A DNA stretch of 64,000 nucleotides from Mycoplasmatota bacterium (GCA_018394315.1 CP074575.1:744001-808000); one strand, 5' to 3'. Positions 18,464 to 32,248 are shown, counted from the stretch's first letter. Notes: generated by a model from the letters alone, not told the origin. Translations and numbers: made by a program.

Positions 18464-21400
18464 TGGATATAAGAATATATGTAGAGAAGAAAAATGAATA
18501 TCAAGTAGAAGCGTTGTGTTTGAGAGAAGATTTAAACTCAAATCTAGGTTTGAATATTCAATCGCTAAGGTTGATTAATTTATATGATGTGTTCAACATA
18601 AGTGAGGAGTTATTATCTATCGCCAAGTATAAGGTTTTTGGTGAGATAGTTACTGATATAGTATCTGAGGATATTAACATAGATGGAAAGTATCTAGCAG
18701 TAGAATATTTACCAGGACAATTTGACCAACGAGCAAGTAGTGCTGAAGAGTGTATCTCCTTAATAGATACTTCAAGTGAAGTATTTGTTCGAAGCGGAAA
18801 ACTTATAATAATAGATAATATAGAAGATGAAGATTTAGATAGAATTAAGAAATACTATATTAATGAAGTTGAATCTAGAGAAAAAGATTTGAAAGTTTTA
18901 GATAATACAGAAAATATAATTATTGAAGATGTTAAAGTTTTTGATGGATTCAAAGAGTTAAGCGAATCTGGATTGAATGAATTATTGATTGATTTAGGAT
19001 TAGCTATGAGTATCGAAGATTTAAAACATATTCAAAAGTATTTTATAAGTGAGTTGCGTGACCCAACTGAAACAGAGATTAGAATGTTAGATACGTATTG
19101 GAGTGATCATTGTCGTCATACAACTTTTGAGACAACTATTGAAAATGTAGAGTTTTCTAGAGATACTTTCAACAAACAAATTGAGGATACGTTTAATAAA
19201 TATTTAAAGATGAGAGAATTTGTTCATGGGAATAAAAAGCCGTTAACTTTAATGGACATGGCTACAATTTCTGGAAAGTATGAAAGAAAAAGAGGAAACC
19301 TGGACGATTTAGAAATCTCTGATGAGATTAATGCTTGTAGTGTCTATGTTGATGTAGATGTAGATGGTGAAATGGAAAAATGGTTGTTGATGTTTAAAAA
19401 TGAGACTCATAATCATCCAACTGAAATTGAGCCTTTTGGTGGAGCTAGTACCTGTGTTGGTGGTGCCATTAGAGATCCGTTAAGCGGTAGAAGTTTCGTT
19501 TATCAGGCTATGAGGGTGTCTGGAGCAGAAGATCCTACTAAAGATATTAGTGAGACAATTGAAGGAAAGTTACCTCAAAAAGTAATCAGTAAAGCTGCTT
19601 GTGATGGTTTTTCATCTTATGGAAATCAAATAGGATTAGCAACTACTCATGTTAGAGAAATTTATCATCCAGGCTTTTTAGCTAAACGTATGGAAGTTGG
19701 AGCAGTTGTTGGTGCTGTAAAGGCTGATTATGTTAGACGAGAAAGACCCGTTAAAGGTGATGTAGTTATTATGTTCGGTGGTCGTACTGGTAGAGATGGT
19801 ATTGGTGGAGCAACTGGTTCAAGTAAAGAACATACTACTGAATCATTAGAAACAGCTAGTGCTGAGGTTCAAAAAGGGAATGCCCCTGAAGAGAGAAAAA
19901 TACAAAGATTGTTTAGAAATAAAGAAGTCACTAGATTAATAAAAAAATCCAATGATTTTGGTGCTGGTGGTGTTAGTGTAGCAATTGGGGAGATTGCGGA
20001 TAGTTTAGATATTGACCTTGATAAGGTTAAAACTAAGTATAAGGGATTAAATGGTACTGAACTAGCTATTTCTGAATCACAAGAGAGAATGGCAGTTGTT
20101 GTTGAAGCAAAAGATAAAGAGAAGTTTTTAAATTTATGTAAAGAAGAAAATTTAGAAGCAACCCAGATAGCAACTGTAACTGATTCAGGACGTTTAGTAA
20201 TGTATTGGAATGAAAAAAAAATAGTTGATTTATCAAGAGATTTCATTGATACAAATGGAGTTATTCAATCGACTAATGTAAAAATCAATACAGTTAGTGG
20301 TAATTGTCCACTTTATAGAGAAGTTAATGGAGAGAATTTGAAGGATAAGGTATTAAATAACTTATCAGACTTAAATGTAGCTACACAAAAAGGAATGATT
20401 GAACAGTTCGATGCTACTGTAGGAAGAAGTACAGTTCTGATGCCTTTTGGTGGAAAGTATCAAACAACTGCTTCTCAAAGTTCTGTTCATAAATTTCCAG
20501 TTTCTGGGTTTACAAATACTGCTAGTATTATGGCGTTTGGATATAATCCTTATTTAAGTGAGTGGAGTCCTTTCCACGGTGCTGCTTATGCAGTTTTAGA
20601 GTCTTTAACTAAAATTGTAACAAGTGGAGCTAGCTATAAAAAAGTAAGATTTTCTTTCCAAGAGTATTTTGAAAAGTTAGATAGTGTAAATGCATGGGGA
20701 AAACCATTTGCAAGTTTACTTGGAAGTATTTATATGCAAGAGGGATTTAATTTACCATCTATAGGTGGTAAAGATTCTATGAGTGGAACTTTTAAGGATA
20801 TAAAAGTACCACCAACACTAATTAGTTTTGCAGTTACTACTGTAAATACAAAAAATGTTGTGTCACCTGAGTTCAAAGGAGTAGGAAATTATCTATATGT
20901 GATTAAGCATAATCCGGTAGACTTACTTCCAAACATTAGTGAGTTAAAAGAAAACTTTGATTACACTCATAAATTAATTGAGAGTGAAAAAATTCTTTCT
21001 GCTTATGCAGTTAAGTACGGTGGTATAAGTGAAGCTTTAGTGAAAGCGAGTTTAGGTAATAAAATCGGCTTTGATGTTAATACTGATTTGGATTTATTTA
21101 GTTCTGATTACGGGAGTATAATTGTTGAGTGTAATAAAGAACTAGATTATAAAAATGCTCACTTATTAGGTATGACAACAGAGGATATTACTTTAAATAG
21201 TACTAATTTAAGTTTTGATGAATTGTCTTCTGCCTTAAGTACTTTTAGTGATTTATATCCAACAAAGAAAGATGTAGATTTTACGTTTAATGACTTTGAA
21301 AGAGGAAACGTAGAAAGGGATTTATCTGGTCATGATAATGAGCAAGTAAAAGTTTTTATTCCAGTTTTTCCTGGTATGAATAGTGAATACGATATGATAA

Positions 21401-22143
21401 AAGTATTTGAAGAGTTTGGTGGAACTGTTAATTCAATAGTATTTAGGAATCAATGTGAAGAAGATATAAAGGATTCGATTAAAGCATTTGTGAGTGAAAT
21501 TGATAAATCTCACATAATCGCATTTAGTGGAGGATTTAGTGCTGGAGATGAACCAGATGGTAGTGGGAAGTTCATTGCAAGTGTCTTAAACAACAAAGAA
21601 ATAAATAAAGCAATTAATGAATTACTAAATCGAGATGGATTGGTTTTAGGAATTTGTAATGGATTCCAAGCGTTAGTTAAATCAGGATTACTCCCATTTA
21701 ACGAAGGTGTAACGATAGACAGTCCAACTCTATTTAGAAATGATATAAATAGACATGTATCGAATATCGTTCAAACTAAAGTGAAAACAAACAATTCACC
21801 TTGGCTATCTTCATTTAAAGAAGGTGAAGTTCATCGAGTTGCGATATCAAATGGTGAAGGGAAGTTTGTAGTTAGTGAAAAATTAGCTAAAGAGTTATAT
21901 GCTAATGATCAAATTGCGTTTCAATATGTAGGAGAGGATGAACTTCCTACTATGGATGGTACATATAACCCTAGTGGCTCTGAATATGCAATTGAGGGAA
22001 TTGTATCAAAATGTGGTCGCATTTTAGGAAAAATGGGACATAGTGAAAGATATGGTAAGGATGTTTTCAAGAATATTCCTGGTAATAAAGATCAAAACAT
22101 CTTTAAAAATGCTATAAGCTATTTTAGAAAGGGAAATGAATAA
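18460..22143 (+). CDS. purL: Phosphoribosylformylglycinamidine synthase, single-chain (synthetase + glutaminase)
   Basis: [30 protein letters not shown]; glutaminase GICNGFQ and GHSER. Confidence 0.96.
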   Translation: MMDIRIYVEKKNEYQVEALCLREDLNSNLGLNIQSLRLINLYDVFNISEELLSIAKYKVFGEIVTDIVSEDINIDGKYLAVEYLPGQFDQRASSAEECISLIDTSSEVFVRSGKLIIIDNIEDEDLDRIKKYYINEVESREKDLKVLDNTENIIIEDVKVFDGFKELSESGLNELLIDLGLAMSIEDLKHIQKYFISELRDPTETEIRMLDTYWSDHCRHTTFETTIENVEFSRDTFNKQIEDTFNKYLKMREFVHGNKKPLTLMDMATISGKYERKRGNLDDLEISDEINACSVYVDVDVDGEMEKWLLMFKNETHNHPTEIEPFGGASTCVGGAIRDPLSGRSFVYQAMRVSGAEDPTKDISETIEGKLPQKVISKAACDGFSSYGNQIGLATTHVREIYHPGFLAKRMEVGAVVGAVKADYVRRERPVKGDVVIMFGGRTGRDGIGGATGSSKEHTTESLETASAEVQKGNAPEERKIQRLFRNKEVTRLIKKSNDFGAGGVSVAIGEIADSLDIDLDKVKTKYKGLNGTELAISESQERMAVVVEAKDKEKFLNLCKEENLEATQIATVTDSGRLVMYWNEKKIVDLSRDFIDTNGVIQSTNVKINTVSGNCPLYREVNGENLKDKVLNNLSDLNVATQKGMIEQFDATVGRSTVLMPFGGKYQTTASQSSVHKFPVSGFTNTASIMAFGYNPYLSEWSPFHGAAYAVLESLTKIVTSGASYKKVRFSFQEYFEKLDSVNAWGKPFASLLGSIYMQEGFNLPSIGGKDSMSGTFKDIKVPPTLISFAVTTVNTKNVVSPEFKGVGNYLYVIKHNPVDLLPNISELKENFDYTHKLIESEKILSAYAVKYGGISEALVKASLGNKIGFDVNTDLDLFSSDYGSIIVECNKELDYKNAHLLGMTTEDITLNSTNLSFDELSSALSTFSDLYPTKKDVDFTFNDFERGNVERDLSGHDNEQVKVFIPVFPGMNSEYDMIKVFEEFGGTVNSIVFRNQCEEDIKDSIKAFVSEIDKSHIIAFSGGFSAGDEPDGSGKFIASVLNNKEINKAINELLNRDGLVLGICNGFQALVKSGLLPFNEGVTIDSPTLFRNDINRHVSNIVQTKVKTNNSPWLSSFKEGEVHRVAISNGEGKFVVSEKLAKELYANDQIAFQYVGEDELPTMDGTYNPSGSEYAIEGIVSKCGRILGKMGHSERYGKDVFKNIPGNKDQNIFKNAISYFRKGNE

Positions 22144-22850
22144 TGGAAAAGAAAGAGTTTTTGTACGAAGGAAAAGCTAAACAAGTATATGCGACTACTG
22201 ATTCTGATAAAATCATAATTCATTATAAAGATGATGCTACTGCATTTAATGGTATTAAAAAAGCTTCAATTTCTAATAAGGGAATATTAAATAATAAAAT
22301 TACTGAATTGATTTTTTCTAAACTTGAAGCGAGTGGAATTCCTACTCACTTCATCAAAAGACTAAATGAAAGAGATCAATTATGCAAGAAAGTTACCATT
22401 TTCCCGTTAGAAGTTATAATTAGGAATTATATAGCTGGTTCAATGGCAAAGAGACTAGCAATCACTGAGGGAACAAAACCAAATAATGTTATTTTTGAAT
22501 TAAGTTATAAAAATGATGATTTAGGTGATCCGTTAATTAATGAAGATCATGCCGTTGCATTAGGTGCATGTACTTATGATGAACTTAAAGTGATCAAAGA
22601 TTATGCACTTAATATAAATGACTACTTGAATCAAGTGTTTGATAACGAAGGTATTATCTTAGTTGACTTTAAAATTGAGTTTGGGAAAACTGTTGATGGA
22701 GAGATAGTATTGGCAGATGAGATAAGCCCAGACACTTGTCGCTTCTGGGAAAAAGGAACTTTGAAGAAATTAGATAAGGATAGATTTAGAAGAGACTTAG
22801 GTAGTGTAGAGGAAGCTTATATCGAAATATTAGAAAGAATCTCTAAATAG
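22143..22850 (+). CDS. purC: SAICAR synthetase
   Basis: [28 protein letters not shown]. Confidence 0.97.
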   Translation: MEKKEFLYEGKAKQVYATTDSDKIIIHYKDDATAFNGIKKASISNKGILNNKITELIFSKLEASGIPTHFIKRLNERDQLCKKVTIFPLEVIIRNYIAGSMAKRLAITEGTKPNNVIFELSYKNDDLGDPLINEDHAVALGACTYDELKVIKDYALNINDYLNQVFDNEGIILVDFKIEFGKTVDGEIVLADEISPDTCRFWEKGTLKKLDKDRFRRDLGSVEEAYIEILERISK

Positions 22851-22865
22851 AAGGTATGTGATAAT

Positions 22866-24278
22866 ATGTCAGAACTTGATAGTTTTTTAAATGATAAGCT
22901 AAATGAAGAATGTGGAGTATTTGGTGTTTACAATATCCAAACAGCTTCAGAATTAACGTATTATGGTTTACATTCACTTCAGCACCGTGGCCAAGAGGGT
23001 TGTGGAATTGTTTCAAGCAATGGTGAATGTTTAAAAAGTCATAAGGGAGAAGGGCTAGTAACAACTATATTTAATGAGCAAGTCTTGAGTAACTTAAAAG
23101 GAGTTTCTGCGATAGGACATGTTAGGTACTCTACCGCTGGAGGTGGAGGGATTATGAACGTGCAGCCTTTCTTATTTCATCACCATACTGGTGATTTTGC
23201 ACTTTGCCATAATGGTAACATAGTTAACTCAAGTGAGATTAGAGAGTTCTTAGAAAAGCAAGGAACCATTTTTCAGTCCTCGTCTGATACAGAAATACTA
23301 GCACATTTAGTCAAAAAGGATACTAGGCTAAATAGAGTTGATGCTTTAAAAGAAGCATTAAGATTGTTAGAGGGTGCATTTGCGTTCTTAATACTTACTA
23401 AGGACAAACTTTATGTAGCTAGGGATAGACATGGATTAAGACCATTATCTTTAGGGAAGATAAATGGTGGATATGTTGTTTCAAGTGAGAGTTGTGCTTT
23501 CAATATTGTCGGTGGTGAATTTGTAAGAGATGTAAATCCTGGTGAAATTCTCGTAATTTCAGAGAGTGGAATCGAATCACACTTTTATGCTGAAGAAACT
23601 AAGAATATGATGTGTGCAATGGAGTATATTTATTTTTCTAGACCTGATAGTGTAATTGAAGGACTGAATGTACATGCTGCTAGAAAAGAATCAGGTAAGG
23701 TATTAGCGAAAGAAATGCCTGTTGAAGCAGATATTGTTATTGGTGTTCCTGATTCAAGCATTTCTGCGGCTATCGGTTATGCAGAGGAAAGTAAGATTCC
23801 TTATGAGATGGGTTTAATTAAGAATAAATATATTGCTAGGACCTTCATTCAGCCTACTCAAGAACTGCGAGAAAAAGGAGTAAGGATGAAGTTGAGTGCG
23901 GTTGACTCTTTGGTTAGAGGGAAAAGAGTTGTACTAATCGATGATTCAATAGTACGTGGTACTACTATTAAGAGAATTATAACGTTATTAAGAGAAGCAG
24001 GAGCAAAAGAAATACACGTTAGGATAGCTGCTCCAGCAATAACTCATCCGTGTTTTTATGGTGTAGATACTTCGACTTATGATGAACTAATTTCATCAAG
24101 GTTAGGAGTAGAGGAAGTTAAGGATCTAATTAAGGCAGACTCGTTACATTTTATTTCTAGTGAGGGACTTAAAAGTTCATTTAACAGAGATCATCTATGT
24201 TTAGCTTGTTTCTCAGGAGAATATCCTACACCAACATATAAAGCTTTGGATGAAGCAAATAAAGATGGAAAGTTCTAA
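22866..24278 (+). CDS. purF: Amidophosphoribosyltransferase
   Basis: Propeptide + [23 protein letters not shown], Fe-S cysteines (PCFYG, CLAC). Confidence 0.97.
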   Translation: MSELDSFLNDKLNEECGVFGVYNIQTASELTYYGLHSLQHRGQEGCGIVSSNGECLKSHKGEGLVTTIFNEQVLSNLKGVSAIGHVRYSTAGGGGIMNVQPFLFHHHTGDFALCHNGNIVNSSEIREFLEKQGTIFQSSSDTEILAHLVKKDTRLNRVDALKEALRLLEGAFAFLILTKDKLYVARDRHGLRPLSLGKINGGYVVSSESCAFNIVGGEFVRDVNPGEILVISESGIESHFYAEETKNMMCAMEYIYFSRPDSVIEGLNVHAARKESGKVLAKEMPVEADIVIGVPDSSISAAIGYAEESKIPYEMGLIKNKYIARTFIQPTQELREKGVRMKLSAVDSLVRGKRVVLIDDSIVRGTTIKRIITLLREAGAKEIHVRIAAPAITHPCFYGVDTSTYDELISSRLGVEEVKDLIKADSLHFISSEGLKSSFNRDHLCLACFSGEYPTPTYKALDEANKDGKF

Positions 24279-24289
24279 GGAGTATATTT

Positions 24290-25315
24290 ATGGCAAAATC
24301 ATATGAAAAGGCCGGAGTCAATTTAGAGGCTGGTTATGAGTCGGTAAGAAGAATTAAAAGGCATGTAAAAGCTACTGAAAGATTTGGTGTCATGGGTGGT
24401 ATTGGATCTTTTGGTGGAATGTTTGATTTATCAAAACTTAATATGAAGGAACCTGTGTTAGTAAGTGGTACCGATGGGGTAGGAACTAAACTTATCTTGG
24501 CTTTTATGATGGATAAACATGATACGATAGGAATAGATGTAGTAGCTATGTGTGTAAATGATATTTTAGCACAAGGAGCTGAACCACTATTCTTTTTAGA
24601 TTATATTGCTGTAGGTAAGAACGATCCTATTCAAATTGAAGAAATAGTAAAAGGAGTCGCAACTGGTTGTGTACAGGCAAATGCTGCATTAATAGGCGGA
24701 GAAACTGCAGAAATGCCGGATATGTATGAGTGTGGACACTATGATATTGCTGGATTTACGGTTGGTGCAGTCGAGAAAAGTAAGATGATAGATGGAAGTA
24801 AGGTTGAAGTAGGAGATGCTATTATTGGACTTTCTTCTAGTGGTCTTCATTCTAATGGATTTTCTCTAGTTAGAAAAATAATACTGAAAGACCATAACCT
24901 GGGTTTATTTGAAAACATTGATGAATTAGGCGGTGTTCTTGGAGATGTTTTATTAACACCAACTAAAATCTATGTTAAGCCGGTATTAAAATTACTAGAA
25001 AGTGTTGATGTACATGGAATTATACATATAACTGGTGGTGGATTTGACGAGAACATACCTAGAGGTTTAAAAGATGGACAAGGTGCTTTGATAAATGAAG
25101 GTAGTTGGGAAATACCAAGTATTTTCCCTTACCTAAAGAGACTTGGTAAAATCGATAATCGAGAAATGTATAATATTTTTAATATGGGAATTGGAATGAC
25201 TATTATAGTTAATAAAGAAGATGTTGATAAGACTATTAGCATACTAGCTGAAAATGGTGAGAAAGCTTTCTTAATCGGAGAGGTTACAGACTCATCAGGA
25301 GTAACCATTAAATGA
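24290..25315 (+). CDS. purM: AIR synthetase
   Basis: [26 protein letters not shown]. Confidence 0.97.
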   Translation: MAKSYEKAGVNLEAGYESVRRIKRHVKATERFGVMGGIGSFGGMFDLSKLNMKEPVLVSGTDGVGTKLILAFMMDKHDTIGIDVVAMCVNDILAQGAEPLFFLDYIAVGKNDPIQIEEIVKGVATGCVQANAALIGGETAEMPDMYECGHYDIAGFTVGAVEKSKMIDGSKVEVGDAIIGLSSSGLHSNGFSLVRKIILKDHNLGLFENIDELGGVLGDVLLTPTKIYVKPVLKLLESVDVHGIIHITGGGFDENIPRGLKDGQGALINEGSWEIPSIFPYLKRLGKIDNREMYNIFNMGIGMTIIVNKEDVDKTISILAENGEKAFLIGEVTDSSGVTIK

Positions 25316-25869
25316 AAAAAATAGCAGTGTTTGCTTCTGGTAATGGTTCTAATTTTCAAGCAATAGTTGAAAATAGTCATCTAGGATATGAAGTTGATGT
25401 TTTAATCTGTAATAGACCAAATGCTTATGTTTTAGAAAGAGCAAAAAACTTAGGAATTAATACATATGTATTTGATCATAAGAAATATAAAGATAGAAGA
25501 ATTTATGAAAGAGAAATCATTGAATTCTTAAAAGATAGAGATATAAAGTTGATTGTTTTGGCAGGTTATATGAGGCTCTTTAGTGAAGTGCTTTTGGAGA
25601 AGTATGATGGAAGAATAATAAATTTGCATCCATCATTATTACCTGATTTTCCTGGAGTAAGAGCTATTGAAGATGCATATAACGCTAAAGCAAAAGAAAT
25701 GGGTGTTACGATATTTTATGTAGATAGCGGAATAGATACAGGGGATATAATTGTTCAAGAGGGGTTTGTTTATGAGGATGAATCTCTTGAGGATATTGAA
25801 GTGAAAATTCATAAGCTTGAACATGAACTTTACCCCAAAACTATAAAAGCAATATTGGAGGATATGTAA
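25312..25869 (+). CDS. purN: GAR transformylase
   Basis: [24 protein letters not shown]. Confidence 0.97.
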   Translation: MKKIAVFASGNGSNFQAIVENSHLGYEVDVLICNRPNAYVLERAKNLGINTYVFDHKKYKDRRIYEREIIEFLKDRDIKLIVLAGYMRLFSEVLLEKYDGRIINLHPSLLPDFPGVRAIEDAYNAKAKEMGVTIFYVDSGIDTGDIIVQEGFVYEDESLEDIEVKIHKLEHELYPKTIKAILEDM

Positions 25870-27396
25870 ATGAAATATGCATTAATAAGTGTTAGTGATA
25901 AAACTAATATTGTAGAATTTGCAAGAGAATTAGTGAGTGTTGGATTTAAAATTATATCTACTGGTGGAACAAAGAAAATAATAGACGAAGCTGGTATCGA
26001 AACTATTGCTATCGACGACTTTACAGGTTTTCCAGAAATGCTTGATGGAAGAGTAAAGACACTGCATCCTTTAGTTCATGGTGGTTTACTTAGTGTAAGG
26101 GATAATGACTTGCATATTAAGGAAGTAAAGGAAAACAATATAAAGTATATAGATCTAGTCGTTGTAAACCTTTATCCATTTAAAGAAACAATAGCTAAAG
26201 ATAATGTAACTTATGCTGATGCAATTGAAAACATTGATATTGGTGGACCTTCAATGCTTAGAAGTGCTGCTAAAAATCATAAGTTCGTAACTGTTGTTTG
26301 TGATAGTTCCGATTATGATTTAGTTATAGGTGAATTCAAGGATAGTGGAGATACTTCTATTGAAACCAGATCTAGATTAGCTGCAAAAGTCTTTAGACAT
26401 ACTGCTTCATATGATACAGCTATTGCTGGATATTTGACTAATGAAGTTAAGGAAGAGAATCCAGAGAGTATTACAATTTCATATGATTTAAAACAGGTGT
26501 TAAGATATGGAGAAAACCCTCATCAAAAGGCCACTTTTTATAAAGGAAGTGAAGTATCTTATTCCTTAGCTCATGCTAATCAACTTCACGGAAAAGAATT
26601 AAGTTATAATAATATTCAAGATGGTAATGCAGCTCTACAGATCGTAAAAGAATATAAAGAGCCAGCGGTAGTAGCCGTAAAACATATGAATCCTTGTGGT
26701 GTAGGGCTAGGAAATAATATTAATGAAGCTTGGGATAAAGCTTATGCTTCTGACCCTGTTTCCATATTTGGAGGAATAGTTTCTACAAACCAAGAAGTTA
26801 CAAAAGAAGTAGCCTTAAAAATGAAAGAAATATTCTTAGAAATTATTATTGCTCCGTCATTTTCTGATGGTGCACTAGAAGTATTAACTAAAAAGAAAAA
26901 TTTAAGGTTGATTACTGCTCCAATGAGTGATATAGTAAATGAAAAACAATTTATCAGTGTTAATGGAGGATTACTTGTTCAAGACATAGATTATGGTGAA
27001 CCAGTATCATTAGATGTTGTCACAAAACGTAGACCAACTGATAATGAACTTAGAGATTTACTTTTTGCTTGGCGAGCTTGTAAACATGTTAAATCCAATG
27101 CAATTCTTCTAGCTAAAGATTTAATGACTGTGGGTATTGGTCCAGGTCAAACAAGCAGAGTTGGTGCTGCTAAAATTGCCTTTGAATGGGCTAAAGAACA
27201 TGGCCACAATGAAAACCTAGTACTAGCGAGCGATGCATTCTTTCCGTTTGATGATGTAGTGAGAATGGCAAATGAGTATGGTGTTAAAGCAATTATTCAG
27301 CCTGGTGGCTCTAAGCGTGATATAGATTCCATAAAAGCGTGTGATGAATTAGGTATTGCCATGATATTTACGAAGATGAGACATTTTAAACACTAA
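25870..27396 (+). CDS. purH: AICAR transformylase/IMP cyclohydrolase
   Basis: [29 protein letters not shown]. Confidence 0.97.
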   Translation: MKYALISVSDKTNIVEFARELVSVGFKIISTGGTKKIIDEAGIETIAIDDFTGFPEMLDGRVKTLHPLVHGGLLSVRDNDLHIKEVKENNIKYIDLVVVNLYPFKETIAKDNVTYADAIENIDIGGPSMLRSAAKNHKFVTVVCDSSDYDLVIGEFKDSGDTSIETRSRLAAKVFRHTASYDTAIAGYLTNEVKEENPESITISYDLKQVLRYGENPHQKATFYKGSEVSYSLAHANQLHGKELSYNNIQDGNAALQIVKEYKEPAVVAVKHMNPCGVGLGNNINEAWDKAYASDPVSIFGGIVSTNQEVTKEVALKMKEIFLEIIIAPSFSDGALEVLTKKKNLRLITAPMSDIVNEKQFISVNGGLLVQDIDYGEPVSLDVVTKRRPTDNELRDLLFAWRACKHVKSNAILLAKDLMTVGIGPGQTSRVGAAKIAFEWAKEHGHNENLVLASDAFFPFDDVVRMANEYGVKAIIQPGGSKRDIDSIKACDELGIAMIFTKMRHFKH

Positions 27397-28631
27397 TGAA
27401 AGTACTAATTATTGGTAGAGGTGGAAGAGAGCACGCGATAGCCTGGAAGGTTAAAGAGTCTAAGAGAGTAAAAGAAGTGTTTGTTGCTCCAGGTAACCCT
27501 GGTATGGTTGGAACTAAATTAGTAAATATTGATGAATTGGATATTAGTGGATTAGTAGACTTTGCTAAGAAAAATGAAATAGATTTAACAATTGTAGGAC
27601 CTGAGTCAAGCTTAGTAAATGGAGTAGTTGATGCATTTAATAAAGAAGGGCTTAAAATATTTGGTCCAACTAGGAAAGCAAGCATAATTGAAGGTTCAAA
27701 GCAATATGCAAAAGACTTGATGAGAAAGCATAATATACCTACTGCTTCTTATAATACTTTCGCTGACTATGATATGGCTATAGACTATGTTAAGAATGTT
27801 GGAGTACCAATTGTAATTAAGTATGATGGGTTAGCTGCAGGTAAGGGCGTGGTTGTAGCCTTTAGTTTAGATGAAGCAAATGATGCACTAAAGGATATGT
27901 TAAAAAATGCTAAGTACGGTGAAGGAAAAGTTGTAATTGAAGAATATTTAGAAGGACCTGAGTTTTCCTTAATGGCATTTGTTAACGGTAATAGTGTATA
28001 TCCTATGGAAATCGCTCAAGACCATAAAAGAGCTTTCGAAGGCGATTTAGGACCAAATACAGGGGGTATGGGTGCATATTCACCAGTTCCACTTATTCCT
28101 GATAGTGTAGTTAAAGAAGCAATTGAGAAGATAATGATACCGGCTGCAAAAGCTATGGTAATGGATAATAGATGTTTTACTGGGATATTGTATGGTGGTT
28201 TAATACTAACAAAAAAGGGACCAAAAGTAATTGAGTTTAATGCTAGGTTTGGTGATCCAGAAACAGAAGTAGTACTACCACGACTTAAAAATGATTTGAT
28301 TGATGTAATATTAGATGTGATGGATGATGTTGATCCTAGTTTAAGTTGGTCTAGAGAAGGGACTTTGGGAGTTGTTTTAGCTTCAAAAGGATATCCAGGT
28401 AGCTACGAAACAGGACATGAAATTAAAGGATTATCTGATAATTCTATGATTTTCCATATGGGAACTAGTTTTGATGGAACGTATAAAACAAATGGTGGAA
28501 GGGTATTGTTTGTGGTAGGGAAAGGTGATACTATAACTAAGGCACAAATTAATGCTTATGATACTATTTCAAATATAAAATGTGATAACTTATATTATAG
28601 GAAAGATATTGGCTATCAAGTAATAAAGTAG
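27396..28631 (+). CDS. purD: GAR synthetase
   Basis: GGREHA, GLAAGKGV, GPNTGGMG, EFNARFGDPE. Confidence 0.97.
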   Translation: MKVLIIGRGGREHAIAWKVKESKRVKEVFVAPGNPGMVGTKLVNIDELDISGLVDFAKKNEIDLTIVGPESSLVNGVVDAFNKEGLKIFGPTRKASIIEGSKQYAKDLMRKHNIPTASYNTFADYDMAIDYVKNVGVPIVIKYDGLAAGKGVVVAFSLDEANDALKDMLKNAKYGEGKVVIEEYLEGPEFSLMAFVNGNSVYPMEIAQDHKRAFEGDLGPNTGGMGAYSPVPLIPDSVVKEAIEKIMIPAAKAMVMDNRCFTGILYGGLILTKKGPKVIEFNARFGDPETEVVLPRLKNDLIDVILDVMDDVDPSLSWSREGTLGVVLASKGYPGSYETGHEIKGLSDNSMIFHMGTSFDGTYKTNGGRVLFVVGKGDTITKAQINAYDTISNIKCDNLYYRKDIGYQVIK

Positions 28632-28640
28632 GAGGTTATT

Positions 28641-30110
28641 ATGTCAATTTTAAATGGAAAGGTTATTGAAGTAGGACTAACCTATGATGATGTTTTATTA
28701 GTCCCACAAAAATCTAGTGTTTTACCACATGAAGTTAATTTAGAAACAAAATTAACACCAAATATTAAATTGAATATTCCTATTGTATCTGCTGCTATGG
28801 ATACAGTGTCTGAAGCTAAAATGGCAATTGCATTAGCTAGACAAGGTGGAATAAGTTTTATTCATAAGAATATGAGTATTGAAGCTCAAGCTGAGCAAGT
28901 TGATCTAGTCAAGCGTTCTGAGAGCGGTATGATTACTAATCCAATAACATTAGGTAGAAAAAGTACTTTGCGTGATGCTGAAGATATTTTATCTACATAC
29001 AAAATTAGTGGATTACCTGTAGTGGAAGAAAATGGAGAGTTAGTCGGGATAATTACAAATCGTGATTTAAAGTACCGTCAATTAGATGATACTCCTGTAG
29101 TTGAAGTTATGACAAGTGAAAAGTTAATAACTGCTCCTGTTGGAACATCTTTAGAAAGTGCAAAGAAAATTCTTTCGGATAACCGCATTGAAAAGCTACC
29201 AATTGTTGATGAGAATAATATATTAAAAGGTTTAATTACAATCAAAGATATAGACAATGTTGTTAATTATCCAAATGCTTGTAAAGATTCAAAAGGTAGA
29301 TTAAGAGTTGGAGCAGCTGTTGGAGTTGGAGCAGAACTAATAGATAGAGTAAGTGCTTTAGTAAAAGCTGGTGTAGATGTTATTACTGTTGATAGCGCAC
29401 ATGGGCATAGTGGCGGTGTTGTAAATGCAGTTAGGGATATAAGAAATAAATTTCCTGAGTTAGATATTGTTGCAGGAAATATTGTAACAAAAGAAGCAGC
29501 TAAGGATTTAATTGAAGCAGGTGCTAATGCATTAAAAGTAGGAGTTGGACCTGGCTCTATTTGTACTACTAGAGTAGTAGCTGGTGTTGGTGTTCCTCAA
29601 TTAACAGCAATTAGTAATGTTTATAAATATTGTAAGGATAAGAATGTTTGTATAATAGCTGATGGTGGTATTAAATTAAGTGGTGACATTCCAAAGGCAA
29701 TCGCAGCGGGAGCAGATAGTGTAATGTTAGGATCACTTCTTGCTGGATGTAAAGAAGCTCCAGGAGAAGAAGTGGTATTCCAAGGACGTAGATTTAAAGT
29801 GTACGTTGGAATGGGGTCTTTAGCTGCAATGAATCGTGGATCTAGTGATAGATATTTCCAAAAAAATAAAGAAGTTAAGAAAATGGTTCCTGAAGGAATT
29901 GAGGGTAGAGTAGCTTATAAGGGTGAAACTGCTGATACAGTTTACCAGCTAATAGGAGGACTGCGTTCTGGTATGGGTTATTGTGGGACTGCTACAATAA
30001 AAGAATTACAACTGAATGGTTCATTTGTAAGGGTAACTATGGCTGGTTTGAAAGAAAGTCATCCTCATGATGTCCATATTACTAAGGAAGCGCCTAACTA
30101 CACTAAGTAA
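28641..30110 (+). CDS. guaB: IMP dehydrogenase (with CBS pair)
   Basis: [31 protein letters not shown]. Confidence 0.97.
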   Translation: MSILNGKVIEVGLTYDDVLLVPQKSSVLPHEVNLETKLTPNIKLNIPIVSAAMDTVSEAKMAIALARQGGISFIHKNMSIEAQAEQVDLVKRSESGMITNPITLGRKSTLRDAEDILSTYKISGLPVVEENGELVGIITNRDLKYRQLDDTPVVEVMTSEKLITAPVGTSLESAKKILSDNRIEKLPIVDENNILKGLITIKDIDNVVNYPNACKDSKGRLRVGAAVGVGAELIDRVSALVKAGVDVITVDSAHGHSGGVVNAVRDIRNKFPELDIVAGNIVTKEAAKDLIEAGANALKVGVGPGSICTTRVVAGVGVPQLTAISNVYKYCKDKNVCIIADGGIKLSGDIPKAIAAGADSVMLGSLLAGCKEAPGEEVVFQGRRFKVYVGMGSLAAMNRGSSDRYFQKNKEVKKMVPEGIEGRVAYKGETADTVYQLIGGLRSGMGYCGTATIKELQLNGSFVRVTMAGLKESHPHDVHITKEAPNYTK

Positions 30111-30111
30111 T

Positions 30112-30678
30112 ATGTTAAATAAGCTAAGAGAAAAAATAATTACTGAAGCCCAAGTGTTCGGTGAAATTGTTAAAATAGATCACTTTCTTAACCATCAGAT
30201 AGACACTCAATTGTTAGATGAAGTAGGTGTAGATATCGCAAAGGAGTTTCCTAATGCAACCAAAATCCTAACAATTGAAACAAGTGGAATTGCGTTTGCA
30301 AGTAGTGTTGCCAGAACACTTGATTATTTACCTTTGGTATTTGCAAAGAAAGTAGAATCAAGTATTACAACTGGTGAATACTACTTGTCAAAAACATATT
30401 CATTTACTAAAAAACGAGAATATAGCGTAAGAGTAGATAAAAGATTCATATCAGAAAACGATAAAGTATTAATAGTTGATGACTTCTTAGCTAATGGTGA
30501 AGCTGCTAGTAGTCTAATAGATATAGTAAACCAAGCAGGAGCAGAAGTTGTTGGAATAGGAATTGTAGTTGAAAAAGGATTTCAAAAAGGTAGAAAAGTA
30601 TTAGAAGAAAAAGGTCATAAAGTTTACTCATGTTCAATAATTGAGAGAGTAGAAAATGGCCAAGTATATATGAAATAA
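30112..30678 (+). CDS. xpt: Xanthine phosphoribosyltransferase
   Basis: FLNHQID, TIETSGI, YSFTK, VDDFLANG. Start reassigned to ATG 30112. Confidence 0.93.
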   Translation: MLNKLREKIITEAQVFGEIVKIDHFLNHQIDTQLLDEVGVDIAKEFPNATKILTIETSGIAFASSVARTLDYLPLVFAKKVESSITTGEYYLSKTYSFTKKREYSVRVDKRFISENDKVLIVDDFLANGEAASSLIDIVNQAGAEVVGIGIVVEKGFQKGRKVLEEKGHKVYSCSIIERVENGQVYMK

Positions 30679-30687
30679 GGTGATATT

Positions 30688-32217
30688 ATGGACAAAATTG
30701 TTATTTTAGATTTCGGAAGTCAATATAATCAATTAATAGCAAGAAGAGTGCGAGAAATTGGGGTTTACTCTGAGGTAGTTCCATTTGATAAGGAGTTAGA
30801 TTATTTTAATGACTCATCAATTAAAGGAATAATTTTAAGTGGTGGTCCTAACAGTGTTTATGATGAAGACAGTCCGAAAATTGATAAACAGATATTTAAT
30901 TTAGGTGTACCAGTACTTGGCATATGTTATGGTATGCAGATTACTCAGTATTTGTATAACGGAAAAATATCTCCATCAAAAAAAAGAGAATACGGTAAAA
31001 GCACTCTAAATATAGTTAAGAGTGATGTGATATTTGATAATGTAAAAGAGATCTCAACCGTGTGGATGAGTCATGGAGATCATGTGGATTCTTTAAGCAG
31101 TGATTTTCATTTAATTGCTAATACTGATTCATGCTTCGCAGCAGCAAAGCATAATGAGCTTAATATTTATAATTTGCAATTTCACCCTGAGGTAACTCAT
31201 TCTGAATTTGGGCATGTTATTCTGCATAACTTTGTTATTAAGATTTGTGGTGCCAGTGCGAATTGGAGTTTGGGAAATTACATTGACAATACTGTTGCCA
31301 GTATAAAGAAAACTGTAGGTAATAAAAGAGTAATATTAGCTTTATCAGGCGGAGTTGATAGTAGTGTCGCTGCTGTTTTGGTTCATAAAGCTATAGGCGA
31401 TCAATTAACATGTATTTTTGTTGATACTGGATTGATGAGAAAAGATGAGCGTATAAAAGTTATGGAAACATATGGTAAGAATTTCCATATGAATATCAAG
31501 GCAGTTGACGCTGAAGATAGATTTTTAGATAAGCTTAAGGGAGTAAAAGAACCTGAACAAAAACGAAAAATAATCGGTAATGAGTTTATTGAAGTATTCA
31601 ATGAAGAAAAATATAAATTTAAAGATGCTGATTTTTTGGCGCAAGGAACTATTTATCCTGATGTAATTGAGTCGACATCTATTAAGGGTCCAAGTAGTAC
31701 AATCAAATCTCACCATAATGTTGGTGGATTACCTGAAGAAATGGAATTTGAATTACTTGAGCCATTACGTGAACTGTTTAAGGATGAAGTTAGAAGAGTG
31801 GGTATTGAGTTAGGTATCCCAGAAGAAATGGTAATGAGACATCCTTTCCCAGGCCCAGGACTTGGTATTAGAGTTATTGAAGAAGTAACGAAAGAAAAGG
31901 TTCGCATTTTGCAAGAAGCTGATGATATTTTTATTAATGAATTAATAAAAGAAGGGTTATATCAAGAAACATCACAAGCATTTGTTACATTACTTCCTTG
32001 TAAGACTGTTGGAGTAATGGGTGATAATAGAACTTATGAGTTTGTTGCAGCAGTAAGAAGTGTTAACACAAGTGATTTTATGACAGCTTCGTTTAGTAGA
32101 TTGCCATTTGATTTTCTAGATAGAGTTTCTACTATGATAATAAATCAGGTAAAAGGTATAAATAGAGTTGTTTACGATATAACAAGCAAGCCACCTGGCA
32201 CTATCGAATGGGAATAA
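30688..32217 (+). CDS. guaA: GMP synthase
   Basis: LDFGSQY, GICYGMQ, QFHPEV, SGGVDS, KPPGTIEWE. Confidence 0.97.
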   Translation: MDKIVILDFGSQYNQLIARRVREIGVYSEVVPFDKELDYFNDSSIKGIILSGGPNSVYDEDSPKIDKQIFNLGVPVLGICYGMQITQYLYNGKISPSKKREYGKSTLNIVKSDVIFDNVKEISTVWMSHGDHVDSLSSDFHLIANTDSCFAAAKHNELNIYNLQFHPEVTHSEFGHVILHNFVIKICGASANWSLGNYIDNTVASIKKTVGNKRVILALSGGVDSSVAAVLVHKAIGDQLTCIFVDTGLMRKDERIKVMETYGKNFHMNIKAVDAEDRFLDKLKGVKEPEQKRKIIGNEFIEVFNEEKYKFKDADFLAQGTIYPDVIESTSIKGPSSTIKSHHNVGGLPEEMEFELLEPLRELFKDEVRRVGIELGIPEEMVMRHPFPGPGLGIRVIEEVTKEKVRILQEADDIFINELIKEGLYQETSQAFVTLLPCKTVGVMGDNRTYEFVAAVRSVNTSDFMTASFSRLPFDFLDRVSTMIINQVKGINRVVYDITSKPPGTIEWE

Positions 32218-32220
32218 TAG

Positions 32221-32248
32221 CAGGTTGATCTATCATCCTGTTTTCTTT
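32221..32248 (+). terminator. Possible intrinsic terminator after guaA
   Basis: CAGG..TGAT/ATCA..CCTG imperfect stem + TTTTCTTT. Confidence 0.5.

Noticed and set aside
21841..21862. PurL glutaminase motif SNGEG instead of SHGEG
   Set aside because: Catalytic Cys (GICNG) and His-x-Glu (HSE) are intact; not enough to call a defect.
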